Assembly: GCA_963733195.1 (NCBI GenBank)
Contig: CAVTCR010000081.1
Location: forward strand, 64,001-128,000
Direction of reading: 5' to 3'
DNA length: 64,000 nucleotides
Origin: an uncultured delta proteobacterium
GTDB taxonomy: Bacteria; Desulfobacterota; Binatia; Bin18
A program made the translations under genes and the position numbers. The notes under the pieces are model-generated. The model was not told the origin of the DNA. It was given only the letters and a program-made list of their open reading frames with translations, and did no database searches. Below are positions 51,203 to 62,303 of this stretch, in pieces; position 1 is the stretch's first letter; each line of letters begins with the position of its first letter.

Positions 51203-54200
51203 CTAGACGCTAGACTCTAGACTATCGAGTAGCGCTTTCGCCTCTTGCAAGTCTTTCGTGTCGAATCCTTCAGTAAACCAGTTGTAGACCTCGGATAACA
51301 TCTGTGTAGCTTCGTGGAGCGTGATGTGCGTGGATATCTTTCGTGCTGCGTATCTGCTTGCTGTTGTCGTAATCGGACCAGGCTCATCGTGGCGCGGAGT
51401 TCCAGCGATTTGGCTTGTTGTTTTTGCGCGATCTCGATAGCTTTGAGGAAACACGCTTCGGCGTCTTCTTGGGGGGCGGGGGTCAGGGGGCGGGGATCGG
51501 TAACTTTTGCCCTTTGTTTTTCTTCTTTTTCTCTACTGACTACTGACTGCTGACTACTGACTACTGTTTCCTGACTTTTGCCCTTTGCCTTTTGATTTCC
51601 TTGGACTCCAGACTCTAGACTCTGGACTCTAGACTGGGCGAGCGTTAGCTCGCCGCGCAGCCGATACAGCTCCGCCTCGTAGAAACGCTCGCCGGTTTTG
51701 TCCACCACCGTCAGCGCCTCGGCGAGTGCGGCCAGCCCTTCCTCTGTCTGCCCCGCTTTCCCATACGCCTCGGCCAGCAGGACAAGATAATAGGATTGAA
51801 ATAGACCTGCCCCTATGGCTTCGTGGGTGGCCAGTCCTTGGCGGATCTGGCTAATCCCCTCTGCGACTCTGTCCCTGCTCGGCTCAGCGCCCAGCCCTGC
51901 AGGACAGCCCCTTGCCCTAACCACATTGGAAATCCTTGCTCGCGCGCGAGGGTGATTGCTGCCTCGGCCCACTCTTGGGTCAGGGGTCTGTCCCGGCGGA
52001 GCTGATGCAACAGGGCAGCATAAACCCGGGCGGCGGCCAAGCTGTATGGATGAGACCGCTCTTCGGCCAGCGTACGCGCTGCATTGCTCTTCTGGAGCGC
52101 CTGGTCCGGATAGCCCAGATGCCACAGGACCCCGGCTGCATAGGAGAGGCCAAAGACCCCCGGCTCCATGCCGTAGAGGAACACAGGGGAGTGGTGGCGC
52201 TGAGAGTCATACAGGGTCATGCCCTGCTCCAGGTGCGCCTGGGCAGCGCCGAACTCACCCAGATGGAATAAGGTGCCGCCCAGCGCCCGATATGCCTCCA
52301 CGAGCAAGGCCGGGTCTTGCTCCCGCTGGGCCAGGCCCAGGAGTTGCTCCCCGAGCTCTCGCGCCGTGAGAAACTCGCCCCGCAACATGATGAAACGTCC
52401 GCAGCCCAAAGAGGACCCGGAAGAGCTGGCGGGTCTCCCCGACCTGCTGGCACAGCTCCCGTGCGCGGGTATAGGCGGCCATCACTTCCGGTGAGGCAAA
52501 ACTTCTGGTGGCTTGTAACGGCACGCCCAGAGTGAGGTGCAGTGTGAGTTCTTGTTGGGCGCGCTCGCGGGTGTCTGGCAACGTCTTGAGGAGATCTAAG
52601 GCGGTCGTGAAGATGACTGATCGCTTCTGCATTGGCCGACCGCTGGGCCGCCTGTTGCCCCGCCAGGTGCAGATACTCGACGGCTTTTTGCGTGTTGCCA
52701 CTGCGCGTGTAGTGATGCGCCAGCTCACTGTAATGGTCGTCCAAGGTGGCCCGATACAGTGCTTCAATCGCCTGCGCGGTCTGCTCATGCAGGACTTTAC
52801 GCCGCTCCTGCAGCACCGTGCCATAAGCGACCTCTTGGGTCAGGGCGTGCTTAAAAATATATTCCACCTCGGGAAAGGCGGGCTGCTCGTAGAGAAATTC
52901 TTTGTGTTGGAGGGAGGCAAGGAGGCGATACAGTTCGTCTTCTGGCTGGGTGATAACCTGGCGGATCAAGACTCAAGGGAACTCACGACCGATGACCGCA
53001 AGCTGTTGAAGAATGCTTCTCTTCTGGCGCGAGGCGGTCGATGCGGGCGGCGAGGATGCCTTGGACGGTGGGGGGAGATGGAATCTTGGGGTAGGGCGCG
53101 ACCCGGCCGGTCTGACCCGCTCGCCCAAACACGCCTTGCTCGCGTAACTCTTGGACCATCTCTTCCATGAAAAACGGGCGTGCCTTCGGTCTTCTCCAGG
53201 ATGAGCTGTTTCAAGGGTTGTAGGGGCGCAGCATGCTGCGCCCCTACGGTGTCGCCCAACAAGCACATCAAGAAATTCTTCGGCTTCCGCTTTACCAAAT
53301 GGCGCCAGCCGTAGCTGCGTGTAATACGTCTTCTGCCCCCATTCGGACCGATACTCAGGACGGTAGTTCACCAGCAGCAGGACCTTGGCCGAGGCTACAC
53401 TCTCACTCAGCACGTCGAGAAAGCCTTGCGTCTCGCTGTCAATCCAATGCAAGTCTTCAAAGATGAGCATCAGGGGCTGGTTAAGACTCTCCCGCAGGAA
53501 CAACCTTCTTGAGCGCTTCAAAGGTGCGTCGCCGCCGTATCTGCGGGTCCATCTGCTGAAGACTTGATTGCGGGTCTTCAATCCCCAGCAGAGCAAAGAG
53601 ATAGGGCAAGGTGTCTTCCAGACTGCGATCGAGTGTGAGCACTTTGCCCGTGATTTTCTCCCGCCGCTTCCGTTCGTCGTCCTAGAGGCTGATGTCGAAG
53701 TAGCTCTTGAGCAGTTCAATGAGCGGCAGATAGGGCGAGGCTTTGCCATGCGAGACTGAGTAGGCTTCCAGCACCAGGCAGCCACGTTGCGAGGTGAGCT
53801 TGAACTCGTAGAACAAGCGAGACTTGCCCTAGCCCCGGCTCGCCCATCACCCCGACAATCTGTCCGTGTCCGGCTTTCGCTTGCTCAAGGCCCGCTGCAT
53901 CTGCTCCAGTTCGCTCTGCCGTCCCACAAACCGGGTCAGCCCGCGGCGCGCCGAGACTTGTAAGCGCGTGCGCAGTGGTCCCGCGCCGAGCACTTCGTAG
54001 ACATGGAGCGGCTCTTCCACGCCTTTGATCTGCGTCTGCGCCCAGATCCTTGAACTCAAAATAGCCGTCGGTCAGCTTGTGCGTGTAGGCAGTGACGAGA
54101 ATCGACCCGGGCGCGGCCAGCTGTTCCATGCGCGCTGCTAAGATTCGTCGAATGTCCGACTGGGACATAGTCAGTATGCAAATCATCTTTGCGGATCGAC

Positions 54201-54889
54201 CGCAGAACGACTTCGCCCGTGTTAATCCCCACCCGCATCAACAGCGGCGGATAGCCTTTTAGTCGGAGCTTGTCGGCATACCGCCGCATCTCGTCTTGCA
54301 TGCGCAGCGCGGCATAGAGTGCCCGTTGGGGATGATCTTCATGGGCAAGTGGGTGCACCAAACAAGGCAAAGATGCCATCGCCCAAGGCTTGCGCCACAT
54401 AACCTTCATAGCGATGCACCGCGTCCATCATCAGCTGCAACGCCGGATCGATAATCGCCCGCGCTTCTTCGGGATCAAGCCCTTCGATGAGCGCCGTCGA
54501 GCCTTTGAGGTCGGCGAACAGGGCCGTGATCGTCTTACGCTCGCCCTCCGTAGACCCCCGTGCTTCTAACGCTGCCTGCTCCGCGCGGATCCGTTCGGCC
54601 AGATGGGGTGGCGTGTAGGTCACGGGGGAGAGTTCGGGTTCGGGGTTCGGAGTTCGGCGTCTTGACTTGGAACCTGGAACTTTGAACTTGGAACTGGCGC
54701 AGCCCCTGCCCACACCAGCACCTTGCCATCTTCATCCCGGGCCACGTGTTCCGCATCAATGAGTTCTGCCGCGACATCGGCAACGTAATCGTCATCCAGC
54801 GTGAACTCACGCTTCAGCGCTCGGTACGTCACCCGGCCTTTGTCCCGGACCTTCCCCCGCACCTGGTCCAATATCTCACGAAATGTCAT
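51203..54889 (-). CDS. Class III nucleotide cyclase - STAND AAA ATPase - TPR protein, copy 1 (wHTH-like N-terminus; many frameshifts)
   Basis: MTFREILDQV..YRALKREF; ERKTITALFADLKGS, GDG; GEPGLG; FEDLHW; YIFKHALTQEVAY; FYEAELYRLRGEL; WFTEGFDTKDL. Confidence 0.88.
53220..53247. repeat. Perfect 28-bp GTAG REP palindrome inside cyclase copy 1
   Basis: GTAGGGGCGCAGCATGCTGCGCCCCTAC, translated as VGAQHAAPLQ. Confidence 0.9.
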
Positions 54890-54904
54890 TCTTGTTTCTC
54901 TACG

Positions 54905-55291
54905 CTACCAAAGAACCGTCACCCCATAGTCAGCAAAAATAGCCTCAATGGTCACAATGGGCACGCTCTGCAATTTTGCCTGTGCGATCAACATCCGGTC
55001 AAAAGGATCCCGATGCGGGCCAGGCAAACTGCCCGCTAAGAGCGCATGATCGACGGAGACCTCAAGGGCGGTAAAGCGCGCCTTTCGTAGGTACAGCGGA
55101 AATTGACTGACGATGTCCCCAGCCTCTGGTAATTTGCCAATCCGATACTTGGTCGCGATTTCCCAAGCCGAAGCTGCACTCACGAGGATCTCGTTCTCCG
55201 GTGCAGCAATGGTCGTCCGCGCTCGGTGTGAGAGTTTGGGATCGTCGAAGAGCCACCAGAGGAGTGTATGGGTATCGAGCAAGCACCTCAT
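54905..55291 (-). CDS. vapC: VapC PIN-domain toxin
   Basis: LLDTHTLLWW, SAASAWEIATK, HRDPFDRMLIAQA. Confidence 0.93.
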   Translation of the reverse strand: MRCLLDTHTLLWWLFDDPKLSHRARTTIAAPENEILVSAASAWEIATKYRIGKLPEAGDIVSQFPLYLRKARFTALEVSVDHALLAGSLPGPHRDPFDRMLIAQAKLQSVPIVTIEAIFADYGVTVLW

Positions 55292-55512
55292 CGTTCCCAC
55301 GCCTTTAGTTCCTCCTCGGGGAGTGGCTCAAAAAACGCATCGGTGACTTTCCCGTGCGCAATACCAGGGATGCGCGGCGAGCGCTCTTCGACTGGCAGCA
55401 AGCGCGCGACCGGCTGGTTATTTTCGGTGATGATGACCTCCTCATGAGGCTGAAGTGTATGGATCAAGTCCAAGAGTTTGGTCTGAGCCTCTTCAATAGT
55501 CACAGTTGACAT
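55288..55512 (-). CDS. Phd/YefM-DUF2281-like antitoxin
   Basis: VTIEEAQTKL..EEVIIT..PVARL..FFEPLPEEELKAWE; overlaps vapC start. Confidence 0.88.
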   Translation of the reverse strand: MSTVTIEEAQTKLLDLIHTLQPHEEVIITENNQPVARLLPVEERSPRIPGIAHGKVTDAFFEPLPEEELKAWER

Positions 55513-55576
55513 CACAGACTCCTGTTGTGGTTGATGACCGTTTGTACAAACGGCTCCTTTTCTTTTTTACTTTACC

Positions 55577-58500
55577 TTAGGAGAGACGTTCCAGCAGCGC
55601 CTTCGCCTCTTGCAAGTCTTTCGTGTCGAACCCTTCGGTGAACCAGTTGTAGACCTCGGATAACATGCCGGTGTGCTTCGTGCTCTGCTTGCCTTGTTGT
55701 TGCCACAGCCGGACCAGGCTCATCGCCGCCCGCAGTTCCAGCGATTTGGCTTGCTGGTGCTGGGCAATCTCGATGGCTTTGTGAAAACACGCTTCGGCTT
55801 CGGCTTGGGGGTCGGGGGTCAGGGGTCGGGGATCGGTGACTTTGAACTTTGAACCTTGAACTTTGAACTGTTGCAGCGTCAGCTCCCCTTTCAGCCGATA
55901 CAGCTCGGCCTCGTAGATACTGCTCCCCAGTTTTGTGCACCGTCAGCCAGCGCCTCGGCCAGCACCGCAAGCCCTTCCTCGGCTTGTCCACTTTTTCCGT
56001 ACCCTTCGGCTAGCAAGGCAAGATAATACGGACGTGCCCACTCTGCCCCGGTGGCCCGGTAGGCTGACAAGCCCTGACGCATCTGGTCAATTCCTTCCTC
56101 TACCTGTCCCTGCTCAGCCAGCGCCCAACCCCACAGGACAGTCCCCCACGCCAACCAGAACGGAAACCCTTGTTCAGTGGAGAGGGTCATGGCGGCCTCA
56201 GCTCGCTCTTTAACTGCTTGACTCTCTTGGCGGTGCTGATGGAGCACAGCAGCGAAGTCCAGAGCAAGAGCCAGGTTAAAGGGATGAGACATCTCCTGAG
56301 CCAGGGTGAGTGCCTCGTGGCTCCTTTGCAGCGCCTGCTCCGGATAGCCCAGAGACCACAGGGCCCAGGCTGCATAGGATGGGCAAAACACCCTGGAGGC
56401 TATGCCATAGATGAAGGTATGAGAGCGGTGCTGCTGAGAGTCGTAGAAGGCAATGCCTTGCTCGAAGTGCGCTCGGGCAGCGACCAACTCGCCAAGGTTG
56501 AACAAGGAGGCCCCCAAGGCACCATGCGCCTCCAAGAGGAGGATCGGATCTTGGGCACTCTGGGCCAGGCTGAGGAGCTGCTCCCCTAGTTCACGGGCCG
56601 TGTGTGTCTCTGCCCGCAGAGAATAAAACCTCCGCAGTCCTACCAGCACCGAGAAGAGCTTCGGGGTTTCCCCTACCTGGTGGCACAGCTCAAGCGCCCG
56701 GGTGTAGGTTTTACCTACTTCCGGTGCCGCAAGGCCTTTGGTGGCCATCCACACCGGACCGAGAGTGGTCTGTAGGAGCAGCTCTTGGTAGGTACGTTCG
56801 GGAGTGTCCGGGAGCGTGGTGAGCAACTCTAAGGCGGTCGTCAGATAATGGATCGCTTCCACATTGGCTGAGCGTTGGACAGTCTGTTGCCCGGCAAGTT
56901 GGAGGTAGTCAATTGCCTTCTCGCGTATTGCCGCTCCGAGTGTAGTGATGCGCCAGGTCACTGTAGTGCTCGTCGAGGTTAGTGCTATAGAGTCCTTCAA
57001 TAGCTTGCGCCGTGCGCTCGTGCAGGACTTTGCGCCGCTCCTGGAGCACCGAGTTGTATGCCACTTCCTGGGTGAGAGCATGCTTGAAGATGTATTCGAC
57101 TTCAGGAAACGCCGGCTGTTCGTAGAGGAATTCTTTGTGCTGAAGGGAGGCAAGGAGGCGATACAATTCGTCTTCGGGCTGGGTGATAACCTGGCGGATC
57201 AGGCTCACAGGGAACTCGCGACCGATCACCGCGAGCTGTTGAAGGAGCTGTTTTTCGGCAGGTCGAGTCGGTCAATGCGGGCGGCGAGTACGCCTTGCAC
57301 GGTCGTCGGAATATGTAGGTCGGTGGGTAGGGGCACGGCGCGCCGTGCCCCTGCAGCGTCGCGTACGAGCACCCCCTGCTCCACCAGCTCCTGGACGATC
57401 TCTTCCATGAAGAACGGCGTGCCTTCGGTCTTGTCGAGGATGAGTTGCTTGAGGGCTTGTAGAGACGTTGCATGCAACGTCTCTACAGTTGCGCCCAACA
57501 GCACGTCGAGAAATTCTTCCGCCTCGGCTTTGCCAAACGGCGACAACCGCAGCTGCGTGTAATAGGTCTTACTCCCCCACTCGTGGCGATACTCCGGCCG
57601 ATAGTTCGTAAGCAGTAAGAGCTTGGCGCTAGCTACACTTTCACTCAGGATATCGAGAAAGCCCTGCGTCTCATTGTCAATCCAGTGCAAATCCTCAAAG
57701 ATGAGGATCAACGGCTGATTAAGACTCTCGCGCAGGAAGAGCTGCTTGAGGGCTGCAAACGTCCGCTGCCGCCGAATCTGCGGGTCCATCTGCTGAAGTG
57801 GCGACGGTTGTTCTTCCACTCCGAGCAGGGCAAAGAGGTAGGGGAGAATGTCTTCGAGACTGCGGTCGAGCGTGAGTACTTTCCCGGTGACCTTCTCTCG
57901 TCGTTTGCGTTCGTCGTCCTGCGCCTGGATGTCAAAGTAACTCTTGAGCAGTTCGACCACCGGGAGATACGGCGAGGCCTTGCCATGCGAGACAGAGTAA
58001 GCTTCAAGCACCAGGCAGCCAGCTTGTGAGGTAAGCTTGAACTCATACAACAACCGTGACTTGCCTAGTCCAGGCTCGCCCATCACACCTACAATTTGTC
58101 CATGTCCAACTTTGACCTGCTCTAGTGCACGGCGCATTTGTTCCATCTCGCTCTGGCGCCCGACAAAGCGGGTCAGTCCGCGTCTGGCCGCCACTTGTAA
58201 CCGCGTACGCAGCGGTCCCGCACCGAGCACTTCGTAGACATTGAGCGACTCTTCCACGCCTTTGATCTGCGTCTGGCCCAAATCCTTGAACGCGAAGTAA
58301 CCGTCCGTGAGGCGGCGAGTTTGCTCGGTGAGCAGAATAGAACCAGGAGCGGCGAGTTGTTCCATCCGTGCCGCCAAATTGGTCGAGTGACCCACGGGAA
58401 CATAGTCGGCGTGCAGATCGTCTTTGCGAATCGACCGCACCACCACTTCGCCCGTATTGATGCCCACCCGCATCAACAAGGGCGGATAACCTTTTGTCCG

Positions 58501-59058
58501 CAACGTGTCCGCATACCGGCGCATCTCTTCCTGCATGCGCAGCGCAGCATAGAGCGCTCGCTGGGGATGATCTTCATGGGCAATAGGTGCACCGAACAGG
58601 GCAAAGATGCCATCGCCGAGCACTTGGGCCACATAGCCTTCATAGCGATGCACGGCATCCATCATGAGCTGGAGCGCAGGATCGATAATCGCCCGCGCTT
58701 CTTCGGGATCGAGGCCTTCAATCAACGCCGTCGAGCCTTTGAGATCGGCAAACAGTGCCGTGATCGTCTTACGTTCACCGTCCGTCGCTCCCCGTGCTTC
58801 CAGCGCCGCCTGCTCGGCGCGTATACGTTCCGCGAGGTGGGGAGGTGTGTAGCTCGCAGGAGGCGCACTCACAGCAAAAGGAGAAGACTGAACGGGTGGC
58901 GGTCGCCCGGCGAGCGGCGCGGCGCATTTCCCGCAGAACGCAAAGCCGGACGGGTTCTCAAAGCCACACTGAGAACAGCGTGGTATCAGCGAGGCCGCAC
59001 ACTTGCCACAGAAGTTCATGCCTTCGGGATTTTCAAACCCACAGCTTGCACAGCGCAT
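55577..59058 (-). CDS. Double zinc ribbon - class III cyclase - STAND AAA ATPase - TPR protein, copy 2 (frameshifts near 57255, 56915, 55940, 55670)
   Basis: CASC..FCGKC..CSQC..FCGKC; FADLKGS, GDG, RVGINTG, NLAAR; GEPGLGKS; FEDLHW; TPR tail ..WFTEGFDTKDLQEAKALLERLS*. Confidence 0.92.
57327..57354. repeat. 28-bp GTAG REP palindrome (1 mismatch) inside cyclase copy 2
   Basis: GTAGGGGCACGGCGCGCCGTGCCCCTGC, translated as AGARRAVPLP. Confidence 0.85.
57458..57487. repeat. Perfect 30-bp palindrome (28-bp GTAG REP core) inside cyclase copy 2
   Basis: TGTAGAGACGTTGCATGCAACGTCTCTACA, translated as VETLHATSLQ. Confidence 0.9.
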
Positions 59059-59209
59059 AGGGCCTCTTTACTCCTTGAGGTTTCCCGGGGCAAGGACAAG
59101 ACCTGAGCCTGGGCAATCAGGCGGCCATCTTCTGCAGAGGATACGCCGCCTGCCCTCTGTTTCCACACCTTTGGGTTATCCTCCTCAAAAGAGGAACCTG
59201 TGATGGCCC

Positions 59210-59874
59210 TCATTGCACAACCGCGCGTGCTAAGGTGCTGCGGTAGGGTTCTTGCGTGGTGAGCAGTGCGTCGAGAAACGTTTTCTCAGCCCAGCAGATG
59301 TCTTCGTCCGAGGCGCGCGCAGGGTCGCCGGTGAGCAATAGGCGAGATGGTCAGCTTGCTCTGCCGGTAGCGTTTGCAAGAGCGAGCCGAAACGCCTCGG
59401 GAAACTGGTCTTGCAGAACCATCTTGGGTGGTTTCTGCTTTTTTACTTCCGCGACGTTGCGGTTTCTTTGAGAGAGAAGAACGCCTCGACATCGGGTGCA
59501 TCAAGTGTTGCCAGGGCGGCGTGGGTTTGCGCTTCAGTAGCTTTATCGCGTACTACGGCAGCACAGGTAGTGACATCGGCAGAAGAGAGTAACTTGCGGC
59601 GAATGGTCACCCGTTGGAGCAGCTGGTCGTCACTCAGTCGCTTCCAGCCGCGCCGAGCGAGTCGATCGAGTGCCTCGTCAGTGGCGGCTGAGGATTGACC
59701 AACGAGCGTTTTCTGCACATCGGGATTGGCGAGGAGTCGTTGCTTTGTCTGCGTGGAAATTGTTTCGATGGAAGTGGATGAATATGAGGTTGGCGATTCC
59801 TTTTTGCTACAACCGATCGTTACGCTCATGAGTATGAGACTCACTCGAATAAGAATCGTCAGATCTTTGCCCAT
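59210..59874 (-). CDS. Hypothetical lipoprotein (frameshifted)
   Basis: MGKDLTILIRVSLILMSVTIGC lipobox-like; continues in other frames to ..EDICWAEKTFLDALL..ARAVVQ*. Confidence 0.6.
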
Positions 59875-59905
59875 AGCAATGCGCCCCTTTTGCCTTCGTA
59901 ATGTG

Positions 59906-59955
59906 GTAGGGCGGGCTCTGCTCGCCTGATCATCGGCGGCCAATGGCCGCCCTAC
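59906..59955. repeat. GTAG-family REP doublet
   Basis: GTAGGGCGGGCTCTGCTCGCC and inverted GGCGGCCAATGGCCGCCCTAC; same class as 9675-9735. Confidence 0.75.
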
Positions 59956-60072
59956 GATTGCTCCGCTATAGAACTGACCGGTTGTTGCTGTCAATTGCTC
60001 GCACCGGTTGCCAAAGAAGCGCCACTCAGGCAAAACAAGACATAGCTCGCTAGTAAAAGGAGGAGAAATTGT

Positions 60073-60358
60073 ATGATTACGTTGACTGCCAAGCTCACGG
60101 TAAAGAGGGAAAAGAGAAAGAGTTTGAAGAGACGATGAAAGGTGTGGTGCCGAAAGGTGCGCCAAGAAGCGGGCAACCGCGCCTACACGATGTGCCAAGT
60201 CGAAAGAGAATCCCCGTGTCTTCATGTTCTATGAAGAGTATGTTGATGATGAAGCATTTAAGGCACATCGCAAACATCTGGGTGAACTGGGAGTGAACCT
60301 TGGTGCCATACTCGACGGCGCGCCGGTGTTGGAGTTTTACGAGAAGATTGCTTCCTAA
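60073..60358 (+). CDS. ABM/putative quinol monooxygenase family protein (frameshifted)
   Basis: AGGAGGAG RBS; MITLTAKLTV/KEGKEKEFEE..EAGNRAY..ENPRVFMFYEEYVDDEAFKAH. Confidence 0.8.
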
Positions 60359-60487
60359 GGAAACAGGGGATGGGTAATAGGGGCTAGGGGACAGGGGAGG
60401 AAGAGGATAGCTCGATTAACTCTTCTGTCCCTTGTTGGCCTCTTTTTACCCAAATCCTAACTCCCAACTCCTAATTCCTGTCTGCAT

Positions 60488-61264
60488 GTGATTACCCGCA
60501 ACAACCTCTTCATATTTATTGCGCTGGTCTTTTTGTCTGTGCTTGCGTGGATCGTCACTGCTGCCCAAGCCGACGGTATGGGTTGGGGTATGTTCACGTG
60601 CAGTATGACGATGGGCACGCCTTTTTCTGTCAGTAATGCGTTTCTCTATGTCGCCCTGTGGGGCGTGATGATGATGGCGATGATGCTGCCAGCGATGACG
60701 CCGATCATCGAGGTCTTTCAGGCCATGGCACGACGACGACAAGAGCAAGCCTTGCCCTTTACGCCGGTGTGGGTGTTTGTTGCTGGCTACTTAGTATTGT
60801 GGACTCTCACTGGCGGTGTGGGCTATGCTGCCGATCTTGCGATCCAGTCGCTTCCTGCGCAGTTTCCAGCATTGCGTACCTACGGTATGGTAATTGGTGG
60901 AGTGACATTGATTGCCGCTGGAATTTATCAATTGACTCCGCTGAAATATCTCTGTTTGTCACAATGTCGCTCACCCATGGGCTTTCTGCTCAGCAGTTGG
61001 CGTGATGGGCATTGGGGTGCATTTCGCATGGGAATGGACCACGGATTCTACTGTCTCGGTTGCTGTTGGAGTCTGATGGCCGTGCTGTTTGTCGTTGGCT
61101 CAATGAACTTGGTATGGATGGGGATTTTGTCGGCGGTGATTTTTGTCGAGAAGATCGTTCCGCAAGGAGTAATCATCGGGAGAGCAACCGGAATCGTATT
61201 GATTGTGCTCGGTGTCGCTCTCAGTGCAGGTATTGTGCCTTTTGGTGAGGGGACCGTTACATGA
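60488..61264 (+). CDS. DUF2182 predicted metal-binding integral membrane protein
   Basis: WGVMMMAMMLP, AGIYQLTPLK..CL..CRSP, YCLGCCWSLM, MNL.WM, EK. Confidence 0.9.
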   Translation: MITRNNLFIFIALVFLSVLAWIVTAAQADGMGWGMFTCSMTMGTPFSVSNAFLYVALWGVMMMAMMLPAMTPIIEVFQAMARRRQEQALPFTPVWVFVAGYLVLWTLTGGVGYAADLAIQSLPAQFPALRTYGMVIGGVTLIAAGIYQLTPLKYLCLSQCRSPMGFLLSSWRDGHWGAFRMGMDHGFYCLGCCWSLMAVLFVVGSMNLVWMGILSAVIFVEKIVPQGVIIGRATGIVLIVLGVALSAGIVPFGEGTVT

Positions 61265-61716
61265 TTAAACTCGAACCAGACATGCTCAATAAGGAAGTGC
61301 CACTCGGAGAGTTTGCCGTCACTGCCGATGATATTCGTGACTTTGCCGAAGCGGTTGGTGACCTCAATCCATTGTATCTTGATGCTGAAGCTGCTCGACA
61401 GGAAGGGTATCCTACGGTTATCGCGCCACCGACATTCTGCATGCACATTCGTGGACAACGATTATTACCTGAAGTGACAGTCGAGCCCGGCTTCACTACC
61501 CTGCACGCAGGCCAAGAGTTTGAATATTACGACGAGATCTATGCTGGGCAGACATACTCCGCGTTTGGCAAGCTGGTCGAAGTGTACGAGAAGACTGGAC
61601 GCAGTGGACCACTTGGCGTGATCGTACGCGAAATGGTGGTGAAAGATGCAACCGGCAAAACTGTGGTCGTGCTGCGCGAACGACAGATGGTGCGGTCACC
61701 GGAGAAAAAGATCTGA
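61261..61716 (+). CDS. MaoC/FAS1-like dehydratase N-terminal half
   Basis: IRDFAEAVGDLNPLY, APPTF, LHAGQEFEY. Confidence 0.88.
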   Translation: MIKLEPDMLNKEVPLGEFAVTADDIRDFAEAVGDLNPLYLDAEAARQEGYPTVIAPPTFCMHIRGQRLLPEVTVEPGFTTLHAGQEFEYYDEIYAGQTYSAFGKLVEVYEKTGRSGPLGVIVREMVVKDATGKTVVVLRERQMVRSPEKKI

Positions 61717-61844
61717 GGCGTGAAACGTGAAGCGTGTTGCGTGAAGAAGAACTAGTAAAATTGTGGCTTTTGCTTGATTCATCACATACCACGCATTACG
61801 CAACACGTGGTACATAGTGCGTGTTACGTAAGGAGAATTCCGCT

Positions 61845-62288
61845 ATGGCGGTGAGAACCCTAAGGGCGTTCGCCGACATCGAAATCGGCGATGAAATCGG
61901 TCCAGTAACGAAGACTCCGACTAGTGACGTTGTCATACGCTATGCCAAAGCTGCGCGCATTACTGACCAGCGCTTTATTGATCCAGAGCGTGCGCGGCAG
62001 ACTGGATTCTCACAGCCGATTGTCCCAGGTCCGTTGAGCGCAACATTCCTGGCGCAAATTGTGACTGATCACTTTCCTGGTTGGCGCTTGCAGAATTTTC
62101 AAGTCAGCTTTCGCACGCCAGTAAAACACGGCGATACGCTCAATCTGTGGGGAAACGTGACCGAGAAAAACGGCGACGAGGCTGACGGTAGCGCGACGAT
62201 TCATTGCGACGTTATCGTAGAGAATCAGAACGGGGACCGTGCGATCGTGGGGACAGTGATACTAGGGATGCGCAAACCGGTGTTGTGA
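61845..62288 (+). CDS. MaoC family dehydratase
   Basis: FADIEIGDE, GFSQPIVPG, FRTPVKHGD; AAGGAG RBS. Confidence 0.82.
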   Translation: MAVRTLRAFADIEIGDEIGPVTKTPTSDVVIRYAKAARITDQRFIDPERARQTGFSQPIVPGPLSATFLAQIVTDHFPGWRLQNFQVSFRTPVKHGDTLNLWGNVTEKNGDEADGSATIHCDVIVENQNGDRAIVGTVILGMRKPVL

Positions 62289-62303
62289 AGTAAGGTAGTC
62301 ATT

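Noticed and set aside
51203-59058. Template/variable-repeat pair of a diversity-generating retroelement
   Set aside because: Similarity spans whole paralogous genes, differences are not visibly adenine-specific, and there is no RT gene
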